A DNA stretch of 63,996 nt, counting the filler, from Malassezia furfur (Eukaryota), in the NCBI GenBank assembly GCA_052055015.1. It is 4 parts of 4 records of this genome, joined end to end, with 100 filler letters (N's around TTAATTAATTAA, not from the genome) between each part and the next. Parts side by side here need not be neighbours in the genome. Positions count along the whole stretch, not along the records: positions 35,049 to 52,378 come from JBQJIT010000226.1; 3 more parts are not named here. One strand, 5' to 3'. Positions 35,302 through 46,121 of the stretch are shown here, piece by piece. The translations under genes were made by a program, and so were the position numbers. The notes below the pieces were generated by a model. That model saw only the letters and a program-made list of their open reading frames with translations, did not search any database and was not told the origin of the DNA. The stretch's first letter is position 1. The number at the start of each line of letters is the position of its first letter.

Positions 35302-37499
35302 ATGCTGCGCCCTTCCTCGCTGCGTGACACTCTACCGGCCGTGCCCGTGCGCTGTGTGTCGACCAGTTCTCTGCTGCGCAGCCCGTCCTCGCGCAGCACT
35401 GGCGGACGCCCCGCGGGACGTGTACCACCGCCCAACACTTCGGCGGCCTACCAGCGCCAGCGCCGCTCCGAGTGGGTGTTTGTCGGCGTCGCAGGGTCCG
35501 CGGCCGCATTCGGCGGCTGGTACTACTGGGCGAACATCCGTGGCCGCCACATGCCGGACGAAACCCCGGGTGCCGCGCGCACCTACTCGACGCCTGCTGC
35601 GCGGGCGTCCACCTTCTCGATTCCCGCACGCGTGCGTGGGCCGGGCGAGCAGCCGTTCAAGGTGATCACCCCGCTGTCTTCCGCCGAGGTCGATGCGCGC
35701 CTGCGCGCGAACGAGCGCAGCACGATTGTCGAGCGCCCGCCCGGCGCCTGCCTCGTCGCGCGCTACGACACCAACTGCGTGCCGAGCAACGACCCGACCG
35801 AGGACCGGCATGCCGAGGTGATCGTCGAGCGTGATCGCGCGGTGGATGAGCCAAAGAGCAAGAAGGGCGGCGCGCCGCCCGCCGCCGACGGCCCGCGCGG
35901 TGACCTGTGCTTCTTCACGGTGATGGACGGCCACGGCGGTCCGCACACGGCGCAGCTCCTGTCGCAGAAGCTGATTGCATTTGTCGCACTCGAGCTCGAC
36001 AAGGTGTTCCGCGAGACGGGCGAGTACGCGCAGATGGCCCGCTCGCACACCTCGCTGACCTCGTCGGTGTGGCACACGCTGTTTGGCAGCGGCGACCGTC
36101 GCAAGGAGGGCGCCATGCTCGCCGCCTTTGCGCTCGACGGCAACCCTGACATTGTCAAGCGCGCGCTCGTCAAGGGCTTCCGCGGACTCGATAAGGAGAT
36201 TGTCAACACGCCGCTCGAACTGCTCAAGCAGTACGAGCTGAGCCTCGCGGCCGCCGCGTCGCAGGGCACTGCGCCCACGGCGAACGACTCCAAGAACTCG
36301 CTGTCGTCGCTCGCGCACAGCATCTGGCCGTCGACCGTGCAGGGCCCGTCGAATGCGTCCTCGTTCTTCACCGCATCGCAGGCGTCGGCGCGCGAGGCGC
36401 TGCTCCCGGCGCTGAGCGGCAGCTGTGCCCAGATGGTGTACATCGACAGCGCCCGCCGCGACTTGTACGTCGCGACCACGGGCGACAGCCGCGCGGTCGC
36501 GGGCTACTGGGACGAGCGGGCTGGGCGCTGGGAGGTCGAGGCGCTCAGCGTCGACCAGACCGGACGCAACCCGGACGAGGTGCGCCGCATCCAGCGCGAG
36601 CATCCGCCGGACGAGTCAGCGACGGTGATCCAGCGCGGCCGTGTGCTGGGCGGTCTGGAGCCCACGCGCGCATTTGGCGATGCGCGCTACAAGTGGGACC
36701 GCGACATGCAGCAGCGCATCATCGAGACCTTCCTGCCGAGCGGCAAGGCAGTGCGTGCGCCGCCCAAAACGCTCAAGACGCCGCCGTACGTCACCGCCGA
36801 GCCGGTGGTCGTCACGCGCAAGATCCCGCAGGGCACGGGCGAGGGTGCGTCGAACGAGTCGCTCGTGGCCGCTGCGTCGGAGAGCCTCAGCTCGCTGTCG
36901 GGCAGCAACTCGTCGCGCGAGCTGCGCTTCATCATCATGGCGACCGATGGGCTGTGGGACCTGATGAGCGACCAGGAGGCGGTCGGCCTCGTCGCCGGCC
37001 ACCTCGCGGGCATCCGCGGCACGGTGCTTGCGGCCGACCTCCAGCAGCAATGCTTTGAGCCGTCCAAGGCCCGCGAGGCCCGCGCCAGTGCCGCGCCGCC
37101 CAAACCGCACGACGGCTCCGCACCGCCGGCCCCGGCCGACGCCCCCGAGCCCAGTACGCAGCAGCACCCGCTGCTGCGCACGCCGAATCACCTGCAGAAA
37201 TTCACGTTTGAGGATGACAACCTCAGCACGCATCTCGTGCGCAACGCGCTTGGCGGCGCGGCGCGCGAGCGCGTTGCGGGGCTGCTCGCTATCCCGAGCC
37301 CCGAGTCGCGGAGGTACCGAGACGATGTACGTATGCACCCTACTCACCCAGATTACGGTCAAGTGCGTAGCCTATGGACTAACCCAGCGTCATCCTACTC
37401 AACACGCCCAAGAAAGCGGCGTCGTCGCCCTCCAAAACGCCTGCCGACGCGCCGACCGCGACGCCTGGCGCGCCCGAGGCGCCGACCGCGAAACTGTAG
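35302..37499 (+). CDS. PTC5: Mitochondrial PP2C phosphatase (Ptc5 / pyruvate dehydrogenase phosphatase); introns 37327-37351 and 37363-37387
   Basis: Presequence plus TM segment; VMDGHGG, TGDSRAV, LEPTRAFGD, MATDGLWD. The spliced end reads RYRDDITVNVI...TAKL*. Start codon is uncertain. Confidence 0.85.
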
Positions 37500-37669
37500 C
37501 ACGGGCCGTAGCGACGCCGCGCAGCGGCACGAGCCAATTAGCGCGCGTGTATTGGATACGTGATTGCCGCCGCGGGCGTCCGGGGGGGCGCCCACGCGTC
37601 GGCCGAGGCATTGTGCATCGCGGCTGCAGAACATTTGGCACCCCACCGCGTGTTCGAGACACCGTAACC

Positions 37670-38175
37670 ATGGCGACGCGCGAGATCACCTTCGAAGAGT
37701 TCTGCAAGCACAACAAGGAGGACGACCTGTGGCTCCTGATTGACGGAAAGGGTAAGTGGTGACGCCGGCGACGATCCGTGCTGACCGTGCAGTCTACGAT
37801 GTGACCAAGTTCATGCCCGAGGTACGCCGTGCGCCGTGCGCCGTCTCACACAACAGCACCCGGGTGGTGAGGAGGTCCTGATCACCGAGGCCGGCAAGGA
37901 CGCGACCGAGCCGTTCGAGGACGTGGGCCACTCGGAGGACGCCCGCGAGGACCTCAAGAAAATGCTGATTGGCGTCATCGCTGACCCCGTACGTTTGGCG
38001 TCTTCGCAGCCTTGCTAACCGCAGGAAAACGTCCCCAAGACTGGTCGCGCCGCGGAGGGCGAGGTTAAGTCGGCGGGTGGCCCGTACGTCGTTGCACTTA
38101 CCCAGTCCTCTGGTCATCATCTTCGCCGTCACCGGTGTCGTGGCATACTATCTTTACAAGCGCTACATGCAGTAA
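37670..38175 (+). CDS. CYB5: Cytochrome b5 with C-terminal tail anchor; 4 short introns
   Basis: [33 protein letters not shown]. Confidence 0.95.
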
Positions 38176-38182
38176 GCGTGCG

Positions 38183-39093
38183 TCAGGTAGCTGCCGTATG
38201 TATGCCCGAATCAAGCCAAGAACTAGCACGCCAACATGCGACGCCCAGCGCCGCCGTCGAGGCATGCAGAGCTACGTTGTAGCCCGTGTCGGTCCGCTGG
38301 CACTGCTCCGGGGCCTGTCGCGCCCACGCGTCGAGCCCGTGGACAAGCTGCTCATGCAGCTCAGCATCAGGGACAAGGCGCGGCAATGCGTACGTCGCCG
38401 TACTGTCCTGTATCGCGAGCCGAGCTCGGCCCGCGTCCGGTGCATCGGTGGTAAGACAGAGACTCGGCACATCCCCAGCCGCAACGTTCAAAGGCGCACT
38501 CTCAGCACAAGGGGTCGCTTCTCGTGCGTGTTGCGCTGCTTCACACAGCAGCTCAACCTCTTGCACGAGGCGCTCCTGAAACTGGTGCGTCAGCAGTATG
38601 TGCAGCCGCGGCAAGATGCCGGCATCCGGTGCTATAGCTCGGTGTATTTCTGCGTCAGCATGCCACGTACGCCGCTCAAAGAGTCGCTGGTAGACGCGCT
38701 GGTCGTTGCATATCCACATGCCACGCCCCAGCTTCTTTTGTGCAAACTGGGGGTGGAGGATCGCGTCGGGTAGGATGGTATATTCGGCCTGGTCACCGGG
38801 AATTTTGGCAGCTTTGAGTTGGATCATGAGGGCTGTATAAGTGTCGGCTGTACGCACCGTTGGGGAGCACGGCATGCGTTACGATGCATCGACGAAGCGG
38901 CGAAGCAAGCATGTGGACTGGGTCAAAATGTTGACATACGCAGTGGGCTTGCCTCCCATCGAGCGCTTGTCTCCTCGATCCATGCCTGCGTGGATGCCTG
39001 GGACGACTGGCACCGCGATGAGCTCGGGATGCGGAGCACATCACGCCCCACGCACCCCACACCCCATGCAGGACGCCGCGCGCAGGCCATCAT
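38183..39093 (-). CDS. Conserved-looking fungal hypothetical protein; 2 short introns
   Basis: Splicing joins WEASPL-LHMLASPLRRCIVTHAVLPN-ALMIQL...ILPDAILHPQF into one frame. Confidence 0.55.
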
Positions 39094-39146
39094 GGAAGCA
39101 GCCTCCACTTCCACGTGATCGGACGCGCGGCGTGGCACTGACTACG

Positions 39147-40008
39147 ATGGCCGCCGACGAGGAGCTGCGTGCGGCGCACCAGAAGCTGCAAGCCGACTTT
39201 TCGGCGCTGTGCCGGACCAAGGGCGCGAAAGAGATCGACACTGTGGCGTCGCAACTTTCGCAGCTCAAGCTGATGCTTGCGGAGCGCGAGCTACTGTACC
39301 CCCAACCGCCGTCGCCCGGCGGCTTTGACGTGGACTCGCTCGTAATTGCGCGCGATGTCGCCGAGATCGGCGCGCTTGCAAGCGTGCATGCAAAGGATAC
39401 GGACAGCTTTGACCGGTACTGGAGCCAGCTGAAGCCATTCTACCTCGATTTGTCGTACGTTGCACCGCTGACGCAGTACATACCTCCCGCCGTCGGACAA
39501 CTACGAGCCGATCGTCGGCCTGTCGCTGTTGCGCAAGCTGTCGTCGAACTCGATTTCGGCATTCCACATGGCGCTCGAGATGCTCCCTGCCGAGCTCGTG
39601 CGCGACAGCCCTTACATCCAGCATCCCGTGCTGCTGGAGCGATGGCTCATGGAGGGCTCCTACTCCAACGTCTGGCGCGAGCGGCAAAATGTCCCGCGTG
39701 AGGAGTTCCAGTTCTTTGTGGACATGCTGATGGTTACCATCCGCCACGAGATCGCATCGTGTGAGGAGAAGGCGTACGACTCGCTGCCGCTCAACGACGT
39801 CGCGACACTACTCTTCTTCAACAGCCTGCCTGAGGTGCTCGAATTTGCCAAGGAGCGGGGATGGAACGTGAACCCCACGACACAGACCGTCGAGTTTGCC
39901 ACCAAGCATGCTGAGCGCAGTGCCGCCGACGGCGCGGAACGCATCCCGCGCCGCGCGACGATCACGTCGAACCTGCACTTTGCGCGCGAGCTGGAGAGCA
40001 TTGTATAG
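39147..40008 (+). CDS. RPN12: 26S proteasome lid subunit Rpn12; one 22-nt intron
   Basis: SFDRYWSQLKPFY, LERWLMEGSYSNVW, TIRHEIASCEEKAYDSL, FARELESIV. Confidence 0.95.
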
Positions 40009-40060
40009 GCATCACTCGAGTCGTTATACAGCTACATTACAAAACAACGATTCATGGGTA

Positions 40061-41308
40061 TCACATAACAGGCGCTGACGACGCGGGCACCGGCGGACCG
40101 CCATTCGGGACCACCAGCAGGCCCGCCTCGTCGTGCGCCGTCTCGTGCGCCGCTACGCCACCATCCGCGGTGGCATGCGACGCTTCATACTCGCGTCGGA
40201 GTCGTTCGTATTCAGCCTTGTCGCGCTCGGCCTGCTCCAGGTACGGCTTTTTCTCAGCATCAGACATGGTGCGCCACTTGGCGGCCGCCAGCACACTCTG
40301 CTTGGTCGTCTCATGCTCGCCCTCGAGCACTTCTTGGCACAAGGCCGGGTCCATCCGGATGGTACGTAGAAAGAGAAAGTAGGCCGAGAGCGGCTTCTTA
40401 GGCGCATTGGGGTCCTTGAGGTTGCCGCGGCGCGACTTGCCCATCTTGCGCTGCGCGGAGCGGAACAGGTTCTCCTGCTTAATGTCATCCGGCGTGAGCT
40501 TGGAGCGCCATTCGGCCAGCTCCTTCTCGTACTGTTCCTTGGCCTCCTGGCTGCGCTGCTGGTACTCCTGCCGCTTCCACTCGGGCAAATCCGCATAGCG
40601 CTGTCCCGCATCTTTGGCGATGTGGGCAACATTGAGGCGCTCCTCGGGCGACGTCGCCTTGATCTTCTGCAGCTCCTCGGAGAAAAAGATTTGCCAGGCC
40701 GAGGGCGACTGCTTGGGCGGCTTGAGTCGCGAGCGCAGCTGCGGCCGCGGCACCGGTCCGCGCTTGCGCGCCGCGTCCGTCGATGCGAACGTGTGTACAC
40801 GCATATCGGCGGGTTCGGTCGCAGGATATTTACGCGGTCGACCGAGCTGCTTCTTCACCTTGCCGGGCGGCAGTGAGCTGGTGACGACCGGCGTCTGTGG
40901 GGTCGTAAACGTGGTCATAGCATTAGGGTTGACATTGCCTGGCATGTTGGCGTTCTGCACCGGTGGGAACATCATCCCGTTCCCAAACGGAGGGATGTAG
41001 GTAGGGGGCATCCCACCAAAGTTCGCGGCAGCATTGGCGTCCGCATTGCCAAACATGACATTCGGCTCGGGCATGGCGTTCGGGCTGAAGTGCATCGGCC
41101 GCATGCTGTAACCAGGCATGGGCATCATCATCCCTGGCATGTTCATACCCATGTTCGGCGTCGGCGCGCTAAAGTTCATCGGCGACATCTGGTGCAGCGC
41201 ATACGGCGGGACGCCAGGCCCGCCGCCCAGCATCGGAGCGGCATCGGGGGTGACATAACGGTGGGGATATCCTGACGGACTCCCGTCGTTCGGTCGAGCA
41301 TGATGAGT
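40061..41308 (-). CDS. Double HMG-box protein with AT-hook; 5' exons unresolved
   Basis: GRPRKY AT-hook; PPKQSPSAWQIFF and DPNAPKKPLSAYFLF HMG boxes. Confidence 0.8.
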   Translation of the reverse strand, partial: THHARPNDGSPSGYPHRYVTPDAAPMLGGGPGVPPYALHQMSPMNFSAPTPNMGMNMPGMMMPMPGYSMRPMHFSPNAMPEPNVMFGNADANAAANFGGMPPTYIPPFGNGMMFPPVQNANMPGNVNPNAMTTFTTPQTPVVTSSLPPGKVKKQLGRPRKYPATEPADMRVHTFASTDAARKRGPVPRPQLRSRLKPPKQSPSAWQIFFSEELQKIKATSPEERLNVAHIAKDAGQRYADLPEWKRQEYQQRSQEAKEQYEKELAEWRSKLTPDDIKQENLFRSAQRKMGKSRRGNLKDPNAPKKPLSAYFLFLRTIRMDPALCQEVLEGEHETTKQSVLAAAKWRTMSDAEKKPYLEQAERDKAEYERLRREYEASHATADGGVAAHETAHDEAGLLVVPNGGPPVPASSAPVM

Positions 41309-41807
41309 CTGGCGTGTTAGTGGAGCACCACACCCCGTCCGTGCACCGGCTGCCGGTGATCGGTCGCGACGGGATAGACACCTATCCTTGGCCTATGGCC
41401 ACAAGGAGAGAGGAAACCCCACTTCGTCATGCAGGGACGCCCGGACGCAACGATCGTGTGCTAGCCGTTGGTTGGACGGTTGTGTGGCGCGGCATAATTA
41501 CCAGACGACGTACCATCTCGCTTGAATAAATCGCGGGAGTCCGTTGCAGTGCCACTCGAAGGGATCCACGGCAGGGGTTGGGCAAAAGACGGAAATCCCT
41601 AGCGAGTGGGGCGGCGCATTTGCTGCGTGGCATTCGAGGGGGTCGCGAATTTGCTGCAGGCCAGGCACATTCCCGGAAAACACATGCGCCAGCGAACCAC
41701 ATCGCTGCGCCCACTGCAGCGCACCGCAGACTCTACACGGATATGTCACGTGCACCGTTGTGCCCCAGTCGGTGCTTACGTGGACACAGACGTCCGTGCA
41801 GCTTCGC

Positions 41808-42611
41808 ATGAACGCCCAGCCGCTCGCACAGGAACCCAAGGCGCATCCCACGGCGTCACCTGCTGGGCTTCGTGCGCACCAGGCCACAGAGCTCACGTTT
41901 CGGTATGCGGGTGCACCCAGCGGTGTCGACTCCAACTTGCTCATCCTCCTCCATGGGCTCGGCGACCGCGCGGTGCCATTTTTCGAGCTAGGCACCTCGC
42001 TGCAGCGTACCCTGCCGCAGACGGCCGTCCTCAGCGTCCAGGGCCTAAAGCGCGTACCGCTACTCGAGGAGGAGGCGTGGACTTGGTGGGATACGTTTGA
42101 CATGCTTGGTGAACTGCTTCCTAACCCCGATCCTACGCAAGCCATCGGGGTCCTCCAGAAGCTCCTCCACTATCTGTGCGCAACCCCTCAGGAGGGAGGG
42201 TGCGGCTGGCAATCGCAGCAGATCCACTTGTTTGGCTTTGGGCAAGGTGGGTCTTTGGCCCTCGAGACGCTTGTTTCCCGCCGCCCGGCGTCGCTCGGGA
42301 GCGTTGTGAGTGTGTGTGGTCCACTCTTGTCGTTCCCCACATTTACGCCCCCACTCGATACCCCCGTGTGCGTCGTGACTCGCTTTGCCCCGCCCGTCTT
42401 GGCCTCCTCCTCGCAGGCCAAGTCCCAGATGGCTGCATATCGCAAGGCATTTGCCCACCTCACGCCCCTCAACTTCCCGCCAACCAGAGCCCCCGTGGAG
42501 GAACGCATGATCCAGGGTGCAGAATGGCGTGACATCCACACCTTCTGGGCCAAGTTCTGGCGGAATCGCACAGAGTGGGAGCTCAAGGGGGATCTATACA
42601 CGGTATCCTAG
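41808..42611 (+). CDS. Phospholipase/carboxylesterase-family (Abhydrolase_2) protein with Gly in place of the nucleophile Ser
   Basis: LLILLHGLGD, IHLFGFGQGG. Confidence 0.75.
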   Translation: MNAQPLAQEPKAHPTASPAGLRAHQATELTFRYAGAPSGVDSNLLILLHGLGDRAVPFFELGTSLQRTLPQTAVLSVQGLKRVPLLEEEAWTWWDTFDMLGELLPNPDPTQAIGVLQKLLHYLCATPQEGGCGWQSQQIHLFGFGQGGSLALETLVSRRPASLGSVVSVCGPLLSFPTFTPPLDTPVCVVTRFAPPVLASSSQAKSQMAAYRKAFAHLTPLNFPPTRAPVEERMIQGAEWRDIHTFWAKFWRNRTEWELKGDLYTVS

Positions 42612-43620
42612 CCTACAAGGGGAGTACCTGCTGCACGCTCGATGCGTTTTTTGAGGTCGCTCTGGGACTCACCGTCCTCTTGTTTGACTGGACCAAACAT
42701 GCGCTCGACAAAAGCCCCCACGGCATGCTCGCCAATTTCGACTTCAGCACGCGGGCCCCACCGGTACTCGGCGGGAGGCGTCGTGGTCGACCCATCGGCG
42801 GCACGAACCGTCTCAGCGCGCACTTTCTCGATATACCCATGGCGCTGCAATTGTGTTAAATAGGACTCGAGCGTAAGCTTTTGGTCGCCAGAGAAACGTT
42901 GGCGTCCTTGCGTCGCACTTGCCTCCGGTTCATTTGATGTGTGGAATGGCTGCAGCGCGGAGGGAAGAGGTCGGTCCACTGACAGGGACAACTGCGCCAA
43001 GTACGCCCGCAAACGGCCCTCGTCGACACGCCGGCCGCACAGCAAAATGATACTCAGTACAAGGAATAGCACACCCATTCCCGGGAGTTGGGCATCTGCA
43101 TGCCAATCCATAATGGGTTCTTGCTGTCCATCGCGCGTGTTCATCGCAGCAATAATGTGGGGAGGCAATGTTGAGCGAAGCATCCAGGTCGCCGCGGACG
43201 AGATATCTTTCCGAGGCCGGCTCTCCGTTCGCTGCCGCTTGGACCCCGCGCGCTCATCAAGTGCTTCTGCCATCTCGAGTAACAAGGGATTCTCTTGGTT
43301 TCGTGCACGCAGCTCCACAAGCTCAAACGCAAAGGTTGTCCGCAGAAGAGACTGTGCGTGGGCAAATATAACAGGGAATGCACGACTGGCATCCTTTCCA
43401 ATCACTTCATCAGCAAGAGCACCTACATTTTTTCATCACCTCCTCTCGCCGGAGAGGGTGTCGCTTGTACTCCGTAAAGAGCGCCAGGCGCACAAGATCA
43501 GTCGCTTTTCGTTCGACGGTCTGCGTAAGAAAACAGGCGTACCTCGCGCCCCAGTCCAAGCGCCGCCGTACGAGACCCGTGTGAGAGCGCCGCTGCAGCT
43601 TCCTCTGAGATAAGCTCAGC
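42608..43620 (-). CDS. NSE3: Nse3/MAGE-family Smc5/6 complex subunit; short introns; 5' end approximate
   Basis: LVRLALFTEYKRHPLRREEV, FAFELVEL, YRWGPRAEVEIGE. Confidence 0.8.
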
Positions 43621-43724
43621 GAGCCACGCGTCCGCGTCCGACGGCTCCGCACCACCACGCGTTGCGGCGCGCGTCATGGGGTGGAGGTCGTGTGCTGACT
43701 CAGCCGATTTTGGTGCAGACGACC

Positions 43725-44431
43725 ATGTTCAAGCGGTTGAATCGAGCACGCGCGCTGCGTGATGAGCTCGAGGACCAGGTAGACGAATCGGAGCCTGTGA
43801 CGCTTGAGGCTGCACTGGATGAGGACAGCGCAAGCGACAGCGATGTTGAGAGCGACAGCGACGAAGATGACGACGAAGACGACGACGACGAAGGGAGCGA
43901 AGACGACGTGGATGAAGACAAATTCACGGTGAAACAAGCGCTGGAGAGCCCCGTGTTCCTGGATGACGAGGCGAATGTGCGTGCCAACATTTTCCGATGT
44001 GTCGCTTGCCCCCTTGCTCAGCTGCGCAGCGAGAAGGCCATCGAAGTCCACCTGGACAGCAAGGTGGGTCACGAGAACTGACGCAGGCGCACAAGCGACG
44101 ATATACCCGTTTTGTTCAATTTGCCGAGGCGGAAAAAGAGCGCGAAGGTGATCGCGTCTTGCTGCTAGATCCGCGTGTCCTGGTCGACCTGCTCGAAGAT
44201 GAGCGGAGAAAGGAGGAAAAAGCAGCCGAGGCCAAGGTAGGGCGTGTACTTACCCAGCGCAAAGAGACACCACGACCCACCGCCGAGTCGCACGTGCCCC
44301 GTGCCGAGCGGCGCAAGCAACGACGCGCCCTGCGCAACGAGAAACGGGCCGCCTTGCAGGAAGCTTATGCCAAGCGTGTTGCAGAAGATGCGCCAACGAC
44401 AGTTCCCCGGCCGGCCAAGCGCCAAAAATAG
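43725..44431 (+). CDS. Acidic protein with a C2H2 (U1/JAZZ-like) zinc finger; introns of 23 and 21 nt
   Basis: CVAC-x12-HLDSKAHKRR after splicing; D/E tract; basic C-terminus. Confidence 0.6.
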
Positions 44432-46093
44432 CTATGTACACAGTTGGGTCCACTTGTACCGTACCAGTTCCAAGGTGGTTTGTGCATCTTCGGCAGAGGA
44501 GTGCCCCACAGCTGAACCGCCTGCCTGGATAATCTTGCCGAGGTGTGTTGCGACCAGGTCGCGCAGCGCCAGTCGGAACGGAAGCCCCCGTGGATGGGGA
44601 AAAAGCTGGCAGGTATCGACGACATTGGTGTGTACCACCCGGATGGCACGCAAATCGTTCTCAAGGCCGTGTCCAATCTGCGTTAGTTGCGCACGTACCA
44701 GGATGGTATTTGGGCCGACATACTGCACCAATGCACGACGCGCTGCATGTAGGTCCAGCACGGCATTTTCTTCGTACTCCTTCGGTTGAATGCCCGAAAA
44801 TTGGGTATTGTAGTCCAGCACCTGTACATCATCCGAGCATCGGATCAATTCATCAAAAACCACTTCACCCGTTTCGTCCACCAGTGTGATCCGCGTCACG
44901 CTCAGGCCCGCGGTGGTGTAGCTCATTTCGCAGTCGAGCGCAGCGATCTCCAGCGCACTGTCCTCCACGCCCACGTCCTTGGCAAGCTGCGCAAAGGTCG
45001 TGTACGGTGCCCGCCTGTGTAGAGCCTCGTCCTTCTCTTCCTTAAAGACGTGAGGGCCTGTTGCGCATCGATCGTCACCAAGCGTCTGTGCATCCACCGT
45101 ACGTCCACAGCATGTCCAGCGCAAAATCTTGCGCAGTTTCGTGTCGCTCGTCTGTTCGCGCCGCGGACGGCCAGGGTGGAAGCGGCATGCCTCAGGATCT
45201 TGCCCGTCGTCGTCTGGCGACTTGCGCAGCGGAGCGACGCGAAAAACGGTGCCACACCGTGCACATGTCTGCTTTTCGCCGGTGCCATCGACGGCGTCAC
45301 CTCCCGGTCCCCAGTCTGAGGGAATCTCGGTAAGGTAGCCAAGCACCTGAAGATCGCCCTTGGGACACAAAAACCCTGCCTTGATGATACGTTCACGCGT
45401 GAGACGGCCCAACTTGCGCTTTTCGACCCCTTGCCGCTTGGCGGTGACCTCGTTGTTGGAGCCAGTCTCAGTGCACCGCTGGAGGATTACTTGTGCCTGA
45501 TCTCTCCCCTGTTCCTTCAGGGCCGCATACGCCTCGTCCACGGCGCGCGTGAGCTCGTCTTTGTTCCGTTTGGTGACGCCGACGGCGGCACTCATGGACG
45601 AGTTGCGGTAGGAATGCTCGCTGGCCAAGCGAAATACGTCGGACTCGATGGCCAGGGCATCTGTAGCAGCCATTTCAATTCCCATATCACGTAGCGCCAC
45701 GTCCGCGTGTGTCAGCAGGGGCTGGTAGAATGCAACAAGCGTGCTGTAAATCTTCTTCAAGCCATTCTGACGCGCGCCAAGTGAGATGCGCGAGGACGCG
45801 GGATGGACTTTGCTTGTGAGCGTAGGACATTTGAGCTGTGTCTCCTGGGCGACTGGTGCCGGGGCACCAGGGCGCCGTGCAGCTTGCACAGCCGGTCGGT
45901 TTGCAGAGGTAGGTGGGTGGATTTGTGCCGCATTCGCCGTGTCGTCCACTTTCCGCCGTTTCTCTGGTGGGGGCTTCGTCTGTAGCAAAGACATATCGTG
46001 CGAGTAAGGACAGTTTACGCGCTGGTTCTCGCATGTGCCCTCGCGAAACGCGGGGCACACGATGCCGCTCAGCGCGCCAAGCGTGCGGAACAT
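44432..46093 (-). CDS. REX3: Rex3/Rexo1-like DEDDh RNA exonuclease; 21-nt intron 44678-44698
   Basis: N-terminal CCCH-like motif, CARCG, CRFHPG, WTCCG, ALDCEMSYT, IGHGLENDL, HSSAEDA. Confidence 0.88.
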   Translation of the reverse strand: MFRTLGALSGIVCPAFREGTCENQRVNCPYSHDMSLLQTKPPPEKRRKVDDTANAAQIHPPTSANRPAVQAARRPGAPAPVAQETQLKCPTLTSKVHPASSRISLGARQNGLKKIYSTLVAFYQPLLTHADVALRDMGIEMAATDALAIESDVFRLASEHSYRNSSMSAAVGVTKRNKDELTRAVDEAYAALKEQGRDQAQVILQRCTETGSNNEVTAKRQGVEKRKLGRLTRERIIKAGFLCPKGDLQVLGYLTEIPSDWGPGGDAVDGTGEKQTCARCGTVFRVAPLRKSPDDDGQDPEACRFHPGRPRREQTSDTKLRKILRWTCCGRTVDAQTLGDDRCATGPHVFKEEKDEALHRRAPYTTFAQLAKDVGVEDSALEIAALDCEMSYTTAGLSVTRITLVDETGEVVFDELIRCSDDVQVLDYNTQFSGIQPKEYEENAVLDLHAARRALVQYVGPNTILVRAQLTQIGHGLENDLRAIRVVHTNVVDTCQLFPHPRGLPFRLALRDLVATHLGKIIQAGGSAVGHSSAEDAQTTLELVRYKWTQLCT

Positions 46094-46121
46094 GCACGGC
46101 AGCAACCTCCACTTCTCCACG

